Origin: a virus
Taxonomy: Duplodnaviria; Caudoviricetes
Virus record (IMG/VR): IMGVR_UViG_3300032373_001170
Coordinates: 15,762 to 79,761 of that record
Direction: 5' to 3' (one strand)
DNA length: 64,000 nucleotides
The notes under the pieces were generated by a model that worked only from the letters and a program-made list of their open reading frames with translations, was not told where the DNA came from and did not search any database. Numbering within the stretch: the stretch's first letter is position 1; each line of letters opens with the position of its first letter. Positions 36,838 through 46,032 of the stretch are shown here, one piece after another. The position numbers and the translations under genes are program-made.

Positions 36838-37710
36838 ATGCATTTATTTCAAGAACAAAAACATCTGTGTATTACGCAGATGCTTAAAGCTACACCAGCT
36901 GAAGAGTCTGGCAGGCGGTTTGTGTATATCGAAGCCTCCAATGAGGCGCTGGATATACAGAATGAAATTGTATTATCGAAGGCCTTAAAAGATTCTGCGG
37001 AATATTATCTAAAATATGGAAACATTGATTTAGATCATATTACCCAGATAGGTGCGAAATCAAATATTAAAGATTATCACTTTTACGAGATAGGAAAACC
37101 TATTGACGTAAAAATTGATGGAACAAAAACGTTTGTTAAAGCAGAAATATATTCAGGTGAAGGGTCAAGTGTAGAACGTGCAAATAAATTCTGGGATTCA
37201 CTAACAAATCAAACGCCTCCTCAGCGATGGTACCCAAGTATTGGCGGCTCGATATTGCAAAAATCTGAGGATTTTGACGCCGAAGCCGGTGAAAAAAGAG
37301 TGTTAGTTACTGAAGTTCGTTGGACAAATATCGGATTCAGTAAAACGCCGGTTAACGCCAATGTTGCAGGTGTTGCAACCGTTCCCATTGGGGCGCTTGC
37401 TAAATCGTTTAGTGGTGCCGGGTTCGATATCGAAAAAGCGCTGGAAGCGGGTTACGGAACTGATTCGGCAAGTTTAACAGGCGGTGGTGCGTTACGGATT
37501 CAGTCACTACATAGAAAGCCAGTTAATTACTGGGATTTCAGAGAGTCTTTAGGCGCAGCTGTTGTTGATCGAATGATCAAAAATCCTGGTGCTGCAAGCA
37601 TGATTGAATTTGCTGTTAACCAACTTAAATTAAACCGCGCAAAAGCATCCGAGTGGGTTGAGCGCTTTATGTCAGATGTGAAAGCGGACCTTAAAAGGAG
37701 AGCCAAATGA
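36838..37710 (+). CDS. prohead protease
   Basis: IEASNEALDIQNE, NIDLDH, WYPSIGG, IGFSKTPVN; located before scaffold and capsid. Confidence 0.75.
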   Translation: MHLFQEQKHLCITQMLKATPAEESGRRFVYIEASNEALDIQNEIVLSKALKDSAEYYLKYGNIDLDHITQIGAKSNIKDYHFYEIGKPIDVKIDGTKTFVKAEIYSGEGSSVERANKFWDSLTNQTPPQRWYPSIGGSILQKSEDFDAEAGEKRVLVTEVRWTNIGFSKTPVNANVAGVATVPIGALAKSFSGAGFDIEKALEAGYGTDSASLTGGGALRIQSLHRKPVNYWDFRESLGAAVVDRMIKNPGAASMIEFAVNQLKLNRAKASEWVERFMSDVKADLKRRAK

Positions 37711-38345
37711 GTTATAAAAAATTGCTTAATGAGTTGGAGACGATGAGTAAATCATTGCCAGCAATCGAAGATGACAAAGACAAAGATAAAGACAAAGATG
37801 TGGATGATAAAAGTCTTCCTGATGGTGCGGCGGGTGATGAGCTTATTGTTGATAATGCGGGGGATGATACCGATGACGACGATCTCACTAAGTCAATGAC
37901 TGTCGTGAAGCTCGATGACGGTTCCGAAGCTCAAGCATTTGATGGCGAGGAATTGATAAAGTCATTTAATTCTAAGCTAAACAAGCAAGCTGTCAGTGTC
38001 GGTGAGGTTTTCACTGCTCAAAACAAATTGATTAAAACATTAGCTGATACAGTCACGTCACAGGCGGAGATGATGAAGTCAATGCAAGTGAGTATCGATG
38101 AAGTCGGCAATAGCGGCAAGGGGCGTAAAACGGTTGTCAATCTACAAGAAAAGCCAGACTTAAATAAGAGCTTGGAAAACGGTAGTGAGCAACTAGGCAT
38201 AAAGCCGCATGAATTCCATGGACTGCTGACTAAAGCGCTTAAAGCAAAAGTAATTACGCCGCACGAAGCAACAACAGCAGAAACGCTAATCAACAGCGGG
38301 AGAAACCCCTCAGAAGAAGTTGTAGCTAAAGTGATGGGGCAGTAA
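37707..38345 (+). CDS. putative scaffold protein
   Basis: Acidic/helical; six [LM]-x-K-[SA] motifs. Confidence 0.6.
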   Translation: MSYKKLLNELETMSKSLPAIEDDKDKDKDKDVDDKSLPDGAAGDELIVDNAGDDTDDDDLTKSMTVVKLDDGSEAQAFDGEELIKSFNSKLNKQAVSVGEVFTAQNKLIKTLADTVTSQAEMMKSMQVSIDEVGNSGKGRKTVVNLQEKPDLNKSLENGSEQLGIKPHEFHGLLTKALKAKVITPHEATTAETLINSGRNPSEEVVAKVMGQ

Positions 38346-38403
38346 TTCTTAAATATTTTTTAATATAACTGGTAGTAAAAAGCAACCATATAAGGGGCAC
38401 ATA

Positions 38404-39834
38404 ATGAATCCATCTTTAATTTTTCCTGAAGGGGCGACGACCGGACAGGCAGATATGTCATCCGTGCAGGAGCTTCGAAAAGCGCTGGAGGCAGGATACG
38501 GAACCGATGTAAGCGCATTAACAGGCGGTGGCGCGTTACGTATTCAGTCACTAGATACAACTATGATGGCTACTATACAGCAGAACCAGCATTTTACTTT
38601 ATTTAACGCATTACAGACGTCAGACGCAACAGCGACTGTTGATGAATGGACAGAGCAAGATGGTGTGGGTGGATTCCCAGGGGGGTCAACCAATACAGAA
38701 ACTGGCGGTATTGGGTCAGCTACCGGAGAGTATGCTAGACGCACAGGCTCTGTTAAATATTTAATGACTCGACGTGAAGTGTCACTAGTTACGACACTGC
38801 AAAACAACATTACCGACGCTGAAACAATTGAGCAAAATAACGGTGCACTACAGTTGTTGACGGACGCAGAGCATTTGTGCTTTGAGGGCGATTCGACAGT
38901 CGTTCCGACTGAATATGACGGTATCTACACTCAGTTACGCGATCTGAATAGCTCTGATCATATTATTGATTTGGCTGCGACTCCATTAGATTCTATTGGG
39001 CCGATTAATAGCGCAGCCGCTGTCATTGCTGGTCCTGGTAATTTTGGACGCCCAACAGATTTGTATTGTTCATTTTTGGTCCAATCAGATTTTGATACAG
39101 GTTTAGACCCTGCATTTCGCGTCGCCCTGGACAATAATCCTAACAGCTTAATGTTAGGCGCTCCAGTGACAGGTATTCGAACATCACACGGTAATATCAA
39201 AAATTGCCCTGACGTGTTTATTCGTGATGAGGTTCAGCAACAGCCATTTGAGCTGCAGTATCCGGCTATTGCGGCAGTGAATAATTTTACCCCTCAATCT
39301 GCCGCTCCTGTAGCTTCGGCGCACGTTGATTCGAAATTTCAGGGAGCGCACGCTGGCAATTATTATTATTTGGTGGCTGGCGTGAATGCTAAAGGTCAGT
39401 CTGTAGGGTTTGTCTCTGCTCAGGTCGCCGTTGCTTCTGGAGATAGAGTGACTCTTACCATTGGTGCTTCAGCAGCGGATACAGAAACAGGGTATGTGAT
39501 TTATCGTAGCCGTAGAAATGGCTCAAACGCTGTGAATGATTTTCGTGAAATGGCGCGTATCGGCAAGACCGGTGCTTCAACTGCTTACGTTGACTATAAC
39601 ACGGATATCCCCGGATGTTCTAAGGCGTATGTTTTGAATATGCAGCAGGGTCAAAATGCTATCACCTGGCGACAACTGTTACCTATGATGCGTTTCGAGC
39701 TATATCCGACTAACTCCGCGGTTAAGCCTTGGGCGCAACTGTTATTTGGATACTTGCGTATTGCGAAGCGTAAGCAGCACGTTGTCATCAAAAACATTCT
39801 ACCCAATGGCGCGAAGTGGCAGCCTTTTGTGTAA
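38404..39834 (+). CDS. major capsid protein (Herelleviridae/SPO1-Twort-like, from recall)
   Basis: KALEAGYGTD...GGALRIQSLD N-arm, CFEGDS, EYDGI; 476 aa. Confidence 0.85.
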   Translation: MNPSLIFPEGATTGQADMSSVQELRKALEAGYGTDVSALTGGGALRIQSLDTTMMATIQQNQHFTLFNALQTSDATATVDEWTEQDGVGGFPGGSTNTETGGIGSATGEYARRTGSVKYLMTRREVSLVTTLQNNITDAETIEQNNGALQLLTDAEHLCFEGDSTVVPTEYDGIYTQLRDLNSSDHIIDLAATPLDSIGPINSAAAVIAGPGNFGRPTDLYCSFLVQSDFDTGLDPAFRVALDNNPNSLMLGAPVTGIRTSHGNIKNCPDVFIRDEVQQQPFELQYPAIAAVNNFTPQSAAPVASAHVDSKFQGAHAGNYYYLVAGVNAKGQSVGFVSAQVAVASGDRVTLTIGASAADTETGYVIYRSRRNGSNAVNDFREMARIGKTGASTAYVDYNTDIPGCSKAYVLNMQQGQNAITWRQLLPMMRFELYPTNSAVKPWAQLLFGYLRIAKRKQHVVIKNILPNGAKWQPFV

Positions 39835-39840
39835 TCCATA

Positions 39841-39878
39841 AAGAGACATGCGTCATTGTTGACGCATGTCTCTTTTAT
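39841..39878 (+). terminator. 15-bp perfect hairpin terminator after MCP
   Basis: AAGAGACATGCGTCA-TTGT-TGACGCATGTCTCTT followed by T residues. Confidence 0.75.
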
Positions 39879-40034
39879 TTGAATCTCTATGGGGTCCATT
39901 CCCCGCTCCTTGGAGCGAAAAATAAATTAGCTCAGCGATTGAATACCCCGCTTTCGAGTGAAACAAGAAAGTCGAGCGTTCAGCGAGAGAGCTTGCTCCG
40001 GGGATATTTATTTATTCTAGTGAGAGGGTCTGAC

Positions 40035-40274
40035 ATGAGTGAAAAAAAGTTTACAGTTTTATGTGTGCTACCAAATGCGTCAAAGCAAATTAGCGGTATT
40101 TCCTTTGAACAAACAGTTGATGGGATGATTGCGCGGGATGTTCCTGAGGAAATAGCTCTTAAGATGGGATCAATTGAAGGATATGAAATCAAGGAAGCCG
40201 CAGGAGATAAAAGCAGTCCCCCGGCAACTGATAACGCTAAAGGGGCTGAATCGAAGACAACAAAAGCAAAATAA
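40035..40274 (+). CDS. small virion-associated hypothetical protein
   Basis: GAGAGGG RBS before ATG 40035; VLPNAS..ISGISF. Confidence 0.6.
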   Translation: MSEKKFTVLCVLPNASKQISGISFEQTVDGMIARDVPEEIALKMGSIEGYEIKEAAGDKSSPPATDNAKGAESKTTKAK

Positions 40275-40293
40275 AATAATTACAAAACTCTGT

Positions 40294-40318
40294 GCGCCTA
40301 TTCGTTAGGCGCTTTTTT
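40294..40318 (+). terminator. intrinsic terminator
   Basis: GCGCCTA-TTCGT-TAGGCGC followed by T6. Confidence 0.75.
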
Positions 40319-40344
40319 ACTACCAAGTTCGTACGGAGTATCTG

Positions 40345-40566
40345 ATGGGTAAAAATCAAAGAAATCTCAATAAGTCCAGCCCCGTTAATGCAGATGTTAA
40401 ATTGGGTAACACGATTGCCGAATTGATTGCTGGATATAATGACTTAGCATTAAAGTATAATTCACTTCTCGCGAAATTGGATGGTGACGCTGGCGTGACG
40501 GATGCAAATTATACAGCTCTATTATCTGCCGAATCCACCGACATTACTGATATCGAGTCTCGATAA
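40345..40566 (+). CDS. small head decoration-like protein
   Basis: LLAKLDGDAGVTDANY motif seen in head-region genes. Confidence 0.5.
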   Translation: MGKNQRNLNKSSPVNADVKLGNTIAELIAGYNDLALKYNSLLAKLDGDAGVTDANYTALLSAESTDITDIESR

Positions 40567-41331
40567 GTGACTATCTTCGACAGAAAGAGATCTGTCCTTG
40601 AATTACAGAAAGACCGATTAATTCGTGTAGCTCAAACGTATTTTCCTGATGTCGAGCTGTCAGATAATTATATCTGGGGGAAGTTGCGTGCGGCTGAACG
40701 TGAGATCGAAAAGAAACTTCGTGTTTTTTTGGAGCCGGTAGTCGTTTTACCTGAAACCGCTTCCCAAACAGAGATGGATGCACTTGATGCTGCGGGTACT
40801 CGGTGGGTTGAAGAGTCCGGCTATGATTGGAGTCCAGAGCTTTTTCAGGGTAATTCCTGGGGCTTCATTATTACGCGCAGAAAGCCAATTATATCGGTGG
40901 ACTATATCAGATTTGAATACCCAATCAGTAACACAACTATTTTTACTGTTCCTGATCAATGGATTCGCCTTGATAAAAAATATGGTCACATACGGCTATT
41001 GCCAGTAGGCACGCTGGTTTCTGCTCCGCTTAATAGCTATATCATGTCTGTGATGGGGGGAGGGCAAACAGTTCCTCATATATTAATGCTGCGGTACACA
41101 GCGGGCATTAAGGATATATCAGAAGAGCATCCGGATATTGTTGATGCGATTAAAAAATTAGCTGTGTTGAAAATAATTGCTGATGAGTTTTTACCGACAT
41201 CTTCCAGCATTAGCGCTGATGGATTGATTGAATCAACGTCGATTGATATGGATAAACATCACGCGCATATAGACAAAACCATTGAAGACGCACGCGATGA
41301 GCTTCAAGGTATTAGAATGATAGCGCTGTGA
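40567..41331 (+). CDS. head-tail adaptor (neck) protein
   Basis: Position; LRYTAG, SSSISADGL.ES.S. Confidence 0.65.
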   Translation: MTIFDRKRSVLELQKDRLIRVAQTYFPDVELSDNYIWGKLRAAEREIEKKLRVFLEPVVVLPETASQTEMDALDAAGTRWVEESGYDWSPELFQGNSWGFIITRRKPIISVDYIRFEYPISNTTIFTVPDQWIRLDKKYGHIRLLPVGTLVSAPLNSYIMSVMGGGQTVPHILMLRYTAGIKDISEEHPDIVDAIKKLAVLKIIADEFLPTSSSISADGLIESTSIDMDKHHAHIDKTIEDARDELQGIRMIAL

Positions 41332-41960
41332 AACTCTCTCCCAAGAAATTCAACCGATTTGTCGCGCGTATTGGGCAAAACGTTTCTTGGAAGCGAGCGT
41401 ATGATTGTCCTTGCAAAGATCCTAATTCAGGAGCCGCTAGCTATGACTGTTTGATCTGCGATGGTGTTGGTCACGTTTGGGATGATGCTCTTCCCTGTAA
41501 TCTGGCGCTTTCTGGTCAAAAGATCCAAAGGCAATGGGCCGATTTCGGTGCATGGGAAAATGGAGATGTAGTTGTAACGATTGGCAGTGATTCGCCAGTA
41601 TACAAAGCTGGAGAATTTGATCGGATTACTCTGGAGGATTCTAGCGCACCATTTTCGATTACAAAAATCCATGATGGTAGTGAAAGACTGCCATTTAAAA
41701 TCGTTGTTATTGATCGAATATTCTGGCTAGACGATGAGAGCAATATCATTAATGGGGAAATTCCGACGGTTGATGTCGATGGCTCGCTAACCTGGATCGT
41801 TTCACCTCCGAGCGGAATTCAATACTCCATTACAGGCCGACGCAGGCCCGAGTATTATATGTATCAAGAGTTTCCTCAAGACCGCGCGCACTTTCAAGGC
41901 GCTGCTTTACCGAGAAGGGTTGTTTTGCGCTCATTCGAACTAATGAGTAAATCATTATGA
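41328..41960 (+). CDS. head-closure / neck protein
   Basis: WKRAYDCPC...DCLICDGVG, GEFDRITL. Confidence 0.6.
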   Translation: MKLSPKKFNRFVARIGQNVSWKRAYDCPCKDPNSGAASYDCLICDGVGHVWDDALPCNLALSGQKIQRQWADFGAWENGDVVVTIGSDSPVYKAGEFDRITLEDSSAPFSITKIHDGSERLPFKIVVIDRIFWLDDESNIINGEIPTVDVDGSLTWIVSPPSGIQYSITGRRRPEYYMYQEFPQDRAHFQGAALPRRVVLRSFELMSKSL

Positions 41961-42778
41961 GTGCGCTCAATATATCGATAGATCTGGGCAGGTTAATACC
42001 ACTTGATAGCGGTGTCGATAAAACTTTTCCTCACTTAGCCTTTGCGGTTAGAAAAATCACTGAACGAGGTCAAGAAATTTGGCAAGGGTATGCGTCAGGC
42101 GCTCAACTACCTGGCGGCGAAGTCATTCATTCTCGTTCCGGTAAATATCTTCGCTCAATCCAACAAAAAAGCACGGGGGAATTCAGCGGAGAAGTATTTT
42201 CTGACCTTCCTTACGCAAAAGGAATTGAAAGTGGATTTCCTGCGCGAGACATGAAAAAAATGCTCGATACTTCCGCGAAGACCAGAGTAAGCAAAAAAGG
42301 GAAGCGTTATCTAATAATACCTTTTAGACATGGGATACCGGGTTCCAACTTTAGAAGCGTTATGCCGGTCGAAGTTCATGATATGTGGCGAGGATTGAAA
42401 TCGTCAAAAGTTACTGGTACACGTTTCGAGCCGTCAGCGACCGGAGCGTTAAACATAAAAACAAGACGAGCGATGCAGGTAGCTCGGCGCACCTATAGAT
42501 GGGGTGATCGCATGAAAGCAGAGCGATTGCTGTCTGCTGGCGTCACGGGTCGAAAGTTACGTGACATGACGGGCATGGTTAATTTAAAAAATCCGGAAGG
42601 TGGGCACTCATCATATATGACGTTTCGCGTGATGGTTGAAGGTAGTAGCGGATGGCTCGCGAAAGCAAGAGCAGGATATTTCCCGGCTAAAAGTACAGCA
42701 GAGCGATTGCGGCCTGCAGCTGAAGCTGCATTTAAAGAGGCTGTTAGCCGTGATGTTCAACACTATTTATTGAGGTAA
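41957..42778 (+). CDS. neck / tail-completion protein
   Basis: YAKGIESG..ARDMK, YLIIPFRHG, YMTFRVM...W. Confidence 0.55.
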   Translation: MSALNISIDLGRLIPLDSGVDKTFPHLAFAVRKITERGQEIWQGYASGAQLPGGEVIHSRSGKYLRSIQQKSTGEFSGEVFSDLPYAKGIESGFPARDMKKMLDTSAKTRVSKKGKRYLIIPFRHGIPGSNFRSVMPVEVHDMWRGLKSSKVTGTRFEPSATGALNIKTRRAMQVARRTYRWGDRMKAERLLSAGVTGRKLRDMTGMVNLKNPEGGHSSYMTFRVMVEGSSGWLAKARAGYFPAKSTAERLRPAAEAAFKEAVSRDVQHYLLR

Positions 42779-42780
42779 GA

Positions 42781-43599
42781 ATGATTAGCTACATATCGCC
42801 ATTGCGTCCCGGTAATGCAACACATGTTTTTGTTTCCCCCCCTGAATCCGCTACTAAATGGCGATTGCTTCGGCGCACGGACGATTTGTTTTCCGGCGAA
42901 GATGATGCCGGCGCCGTGCTTGTCGAAGAAAGCAACGATACGAATATTATCGATGTGGAAGGTCTCATAAATGGCGTTCTCTATTATTACAAAATTTACT
43001 ATTTCGATGGCTTGGTCTGGACATCATCAGCAACAAGCTCAGTTACACCTAATGCAATATATGAGGGTGATGATATTGATGTGCTGTCAATTCTACGTGA
43101 CAGGCTTGCTGCAGGTTTAAAAGTGGAAGCTGCCAGGAATAAGCTAAGGCCAAATTCTGGTGAAATAAAAGTAATGAACGCGCCTCCCAAATATGAAGAC
43201 AACGCGTTCCCGGTCGTGAGTATACATTTAGATTCGGATAGCGCTTCTGAGTGGGCGACTGGCTCTAACTTGTTTGTTGACGACGATGTTGAAGGTGAAA
43301 GTTGGTTAGCTAGATGGCAGATATCCATTATTGGATGGAGCTTAAATCCAGATGAGCGTATTAGTTTGAGGCGCGCGATAAAGCGGGTGATTGCGGCAAA
43401 CTATGCAATTTTCAGTAGTAAATACGGAATGCAGCAAATCGATTTTGACCAGAGCGATGTCGAGGATATGGAAAGGTTTTCAGCACCGGTGTATCAAGTT
43501 GCTACTCGGTTTAGCTGTATGGCTCCTGCATATGTTTTAGATAATCCTGATGTGAATGCCGGATTAATCGATAGCGTCGAGGTGGTTCACGCAGTATAG
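42781..43599 (+). CDS. tail terminator-like protein with an N-terminal FN3-like segment
   Basis: GLINGVLYYYKIY FN3-like strand; FPVVSIHL, IIGWSLNPDER. Confidence 0.5.
   Translation: MISYISPLRPGNATHVFVSPPESATKWRLLRRTDDLFSGEDDAGAVLVEESNDTNIIDVEGLINGVLYYYKIYYFDGLVWTSSATSSVTPNAIYEGDDIDVLSILRDRLAAGLKVEAARNKLRPNSGEIKVMNAPPKYEDNAFPVVSIHLDSDSASEWATGSNLFVDDDVEGESWLARWQISIIGWSLNPDERISLRRAIKRVIAANYAIFSSKYGMQQIDFDQSDVEDMERFSAPVYQVATRFSCMAPAYVLDNPDVNAGLIDSVEVVHAV
43214..43228 (+). promoter_or_regulatory. putative internal late promoter TCGTGA-GTA-TACATT for the sheath/tube genes
   Basis: Perfect motif match inside a CDS, upstream of 43615/43848. Confidence 0.45.
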
Positions 43600-43614
43600 G
43601 AAAATGGAAAGTTT

Positions 43615-43836
43615 ATGAATGAAAAAATAAAACAAGCAGCAGAAAAGAAGGCTGAGATTCCAGACAGCTTCCCTTTAACGCTTGACGAATTTTGTGCGCA
43701 GATGTCTGCCGTTGATGATCGGGTTGAACTAATCGGCGGTTTTCACGCTTCGGAATTGGCATCTGGTAACGTGAAAGATACCTCGAAAAACTACAAGCTA
43801 CGTTTTAGTGTTTTCTCAAATAAAGAAGTTAAATAA
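43615..43836 (+). CDS. small hypothetical protein
   Basis: 73 aa, before the sheath gene. Confidence 0.6.
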   Translation: MNEKIKQAAEKKAEIPDSFPLTLDEFCAQMSAVDDRVELIGGFHASELASGNVKDTSKNYKLRFSVFSNKEVK

Positions 43837-43847
43837 GGGGGATTGTA

Positions 43848-45557
43848 ATGCCCGTGTTTTTTAATGGGCGAGTATATAACTCGCCAGGCGTAATGACTGC
43901 TGTCGATGACTCGGCGCTAGCGAATAGAAATATTAGCTCCGGAAACACGCTGGTATTAGTGGGAAGTTCTCTCGGTGGAGAGCCAGGTAAGGCCTTAGAG
44001 TTTAGCTCTCCCGCAGAGGCAAAGGGTGTGCTTCGTGGTGGTGAACTACTAACTGCGGTTGAATTTGCATTTAGCCCCAGCGCGCAGACTGGCGGACCTT
44101 CGAAAATAATTGCCGCACGCGTAAATCCCGCAACACAGTCTACGTTAAGCGTAGAGGCCTCTGCTGCTGAAGTGCTTTCCCTTAAATCAACTGATTATGG
44201 TTCTTATGCAAACCAGATCAAGGTGAAGATTGAGACTGGAACGAGTAAGGGCAAAAAACTTACGACTCAATTTGGGGATGACTATTTTAGTCAAGATGAC
44301 GTATATCGCGAATCGTTTAGCGTTCAGTACACAGGCGCTCAGGTAACGGGTGAGATGACCGTGAGCAATTCTAGTGTTGTGTTGTCAGCTCCATCCGGTA
44401 ATCCTGTCGCTACCATTGATCTGAATGTTTACGACACCGTTCAGAAACTTGTTGACTTCATTAGCTCGCAAGCCGATTTTACGTGCGCTGTTCTTGATGG
44501 TAACGGTGCGAAGTTAACGTTGAATAGTCTAGACAGCACTACAAACGTCGATATCAAGACTGCCTCATACGTAGCGAAAGCTGATTTACAGGCTTGCGTT
44601 GACTGGTTTAACGGTGTTGGCGAGGGCTACGTAACAGCTACTCGATCGGTAGCCGCAGGAATTGCGCCTGACAATATTTCATTCACGTACCTAGCTGGCG
44701 CAATTGACGGTGTTATTACAAATAACGAATGGAGTAGTGCTTTCAATATGCTCCAAACTGAAGACGTGCAGTGGGTCGTCCCTGTCACTTCTGATGCGTC
44801 TATACATGCAATGGCTGAAACGCATGTCAGTTACATGTCAACCATCGCAAAACAAGAGCGCCGATGCCTTGCTGGAGGTGCAATCGGTCTAACGGTTGAT
44901 AATCATATTGCCGCCGCGAAAGCGCTTAATTCTGACCGAATTTCGATGTGTGCTCCTGGGATTTACGAATACAATTCCGAAGGGGATTTAACTCTGTACG
45001 CGCCTTATATGACAGCTGCAAAAGTTGCTGGGGCTTTCGCTGGTGTAAGCCCTGGAACACCGATGACGAATAAGTCGATTGCTGTTCGGGGACTTGAATT
45101 TAAGTATAAGAACCCTAGTGATACCGATAAGCTAATCAATGGAGGCGTCCTTGCGGTCGAAGATACCGGTCAGGATTATCGAGTCGTCAAAAGCATTACA
45201 ACCTGGTTGACAGACAGTAATTACAATCGAGTCGAAGTATCAACTGGTGTGGCGCTGGACTTTGTTTCTCGAACAGTAAGACCGGCGCTTCAGCGACTAG
45301 TAGGAAAGAAAGGTGGCCCGCTCTCATTAGCTGAAGCAGTCAGTGTTGCCGATTCTACTCTGCGTGAATTAGCGAGGCCCGAGCCTGGTGGTCCAGGAGT
45401 TATTGTTGGTGATGCAGAAAATCCGGCATATAGATCCATATCAGCAAGCCTTGAGGGTGATGTGCTTAGAGTTGAATTTCAGTGTAGCCCAGTTATTCCA
45501 ATAAACTACGTGCCTACAATTATTCACGCAGTACCATTTTCAGCATCCGCTCAGTAG
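43848..45557 (+). CDS. tail sheath protein
   Basis: 569 aa; GGEPGKALEF, LKSTDYG, LINGGVL..E, VKSITT, EVS....DFV. Confidence 0.9.
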   Translation: MPVFFNGRVYNSPGVMTAVDDSALANRNISSGNTLVLVGSSLGGEPGKALEFSSPAEAKGVLRGGELLTAVEFAFSPSAQTGGPSKIIAARVNPATQSTLSVEASAAEVLSLKSTDYGSYANQIKVKIETGTSKGKKLTTQFGDDYFSQDDVYRESFSVQYTGAQVTGEMTVSNSSVVLSAPSGNPVATIDLNVYDTVQKLVDFISSQADFTCAVLDGNGAKLTLNSLDSTTNVDIKTASYVAKADLQACVDWFNGVGEGYVTATRSVAAGIAPDNISFTYLAGAIDGVITNNEWSSAFNMLQTEDVQWVVPVTSDASIHAMAETHVSYMSTIAKQERRCLAGGAIGLTVDNHIAAAKALNSDRISMCAPGIYEYNSEGDLTLYAPYMTAAKVAGAFAGVSPGTPMTNKSIAVRGLEFKYKNPSDTDKLINGGVLAVEDTGQDYRVVKSITTWLTDSNYNRVEVSTGVALDFVSRTVRPALQRLVGKKGGPLSLAEAVSVADSTLRELARPEPGGPGVIVGDAENPAYRSISASLEGDVLRVEFQCSPVIPINYVPTIIHAVPFSASAQ

Positions 45558-45569
45558 GAGAATTAAGTA

Positions 45570-45995
45570 ATGGCTCAAAAAAATGTGCAGACACATAGTG
45601 CAAATAGAGTTCTTGTTAAGATGGATGGCACAACCGTTGGTGCGATTCAATCCATGAGAAGCAGTGATGACTATTCACCCGATGCAGCTTCAGGGGTTGG
45701 TGATATCCATGCGTTTGAATACGTACCGACAATGGCTCGCCATACTATCAACGTTTCTAGCATGGTGCTGATTAAAGCTAATCTCCGAAAGCTGGGATTA
45801 ATACCAGAAAATGGTGACGCAGTGCTGAAAGGTAATGTCTATGACATTATTGAGCAAGACAAAGATACCGGTGAGATTTTACGAAAGTTCATTGGGTGCT
45901 CTTACGCAAGTGGTGATATTGATGTGCAGAAACATCAGATCGTTACTTCCAATGCGGTATTTAATGCGCTTGATGTATCTGGCTTAAATGCATAG
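45570..45995 (+). CDS. tail tube protein
   Basis: After the sheath; VGAIQS, GVGDIHAFEYVP. Confidence 0.85.
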   Translation: MAQKNVQTHSANRVLVKMDGTTVGAIQSMRSSDDYSPDAASGVGDIHAFEYVPTMARHTINVSSMVLIKANLRKLGLIPENGDAVLKGNVYDIIEQDKDTGEILRKFIGCSYASGDIDVQKHQIVTSNAVFNALDVSGLNA

Positions 45996-46032
45996 TTAGT
46001 CACCTGGATTATTTTTAGTAGGAGGGTCGATA

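Noticed and set aside
37770-37800. GACAAA/GATAAA short tandem repeat
   Set aside because: It simply encodes a DKDKDK low-complexity linker in the scaffold.
37435-38553. Protease/MCP repeat as a DGR template/variable pair
   Set aside because: No reverse transcriptase in the window, and the differences are mostly synonymous rather than adenine-specific.
39816-40034. Upstream extension of the 152-aa ORF
   Set aside because: It crosses the MCP stop and terminator; ATG 40035 has an SD.
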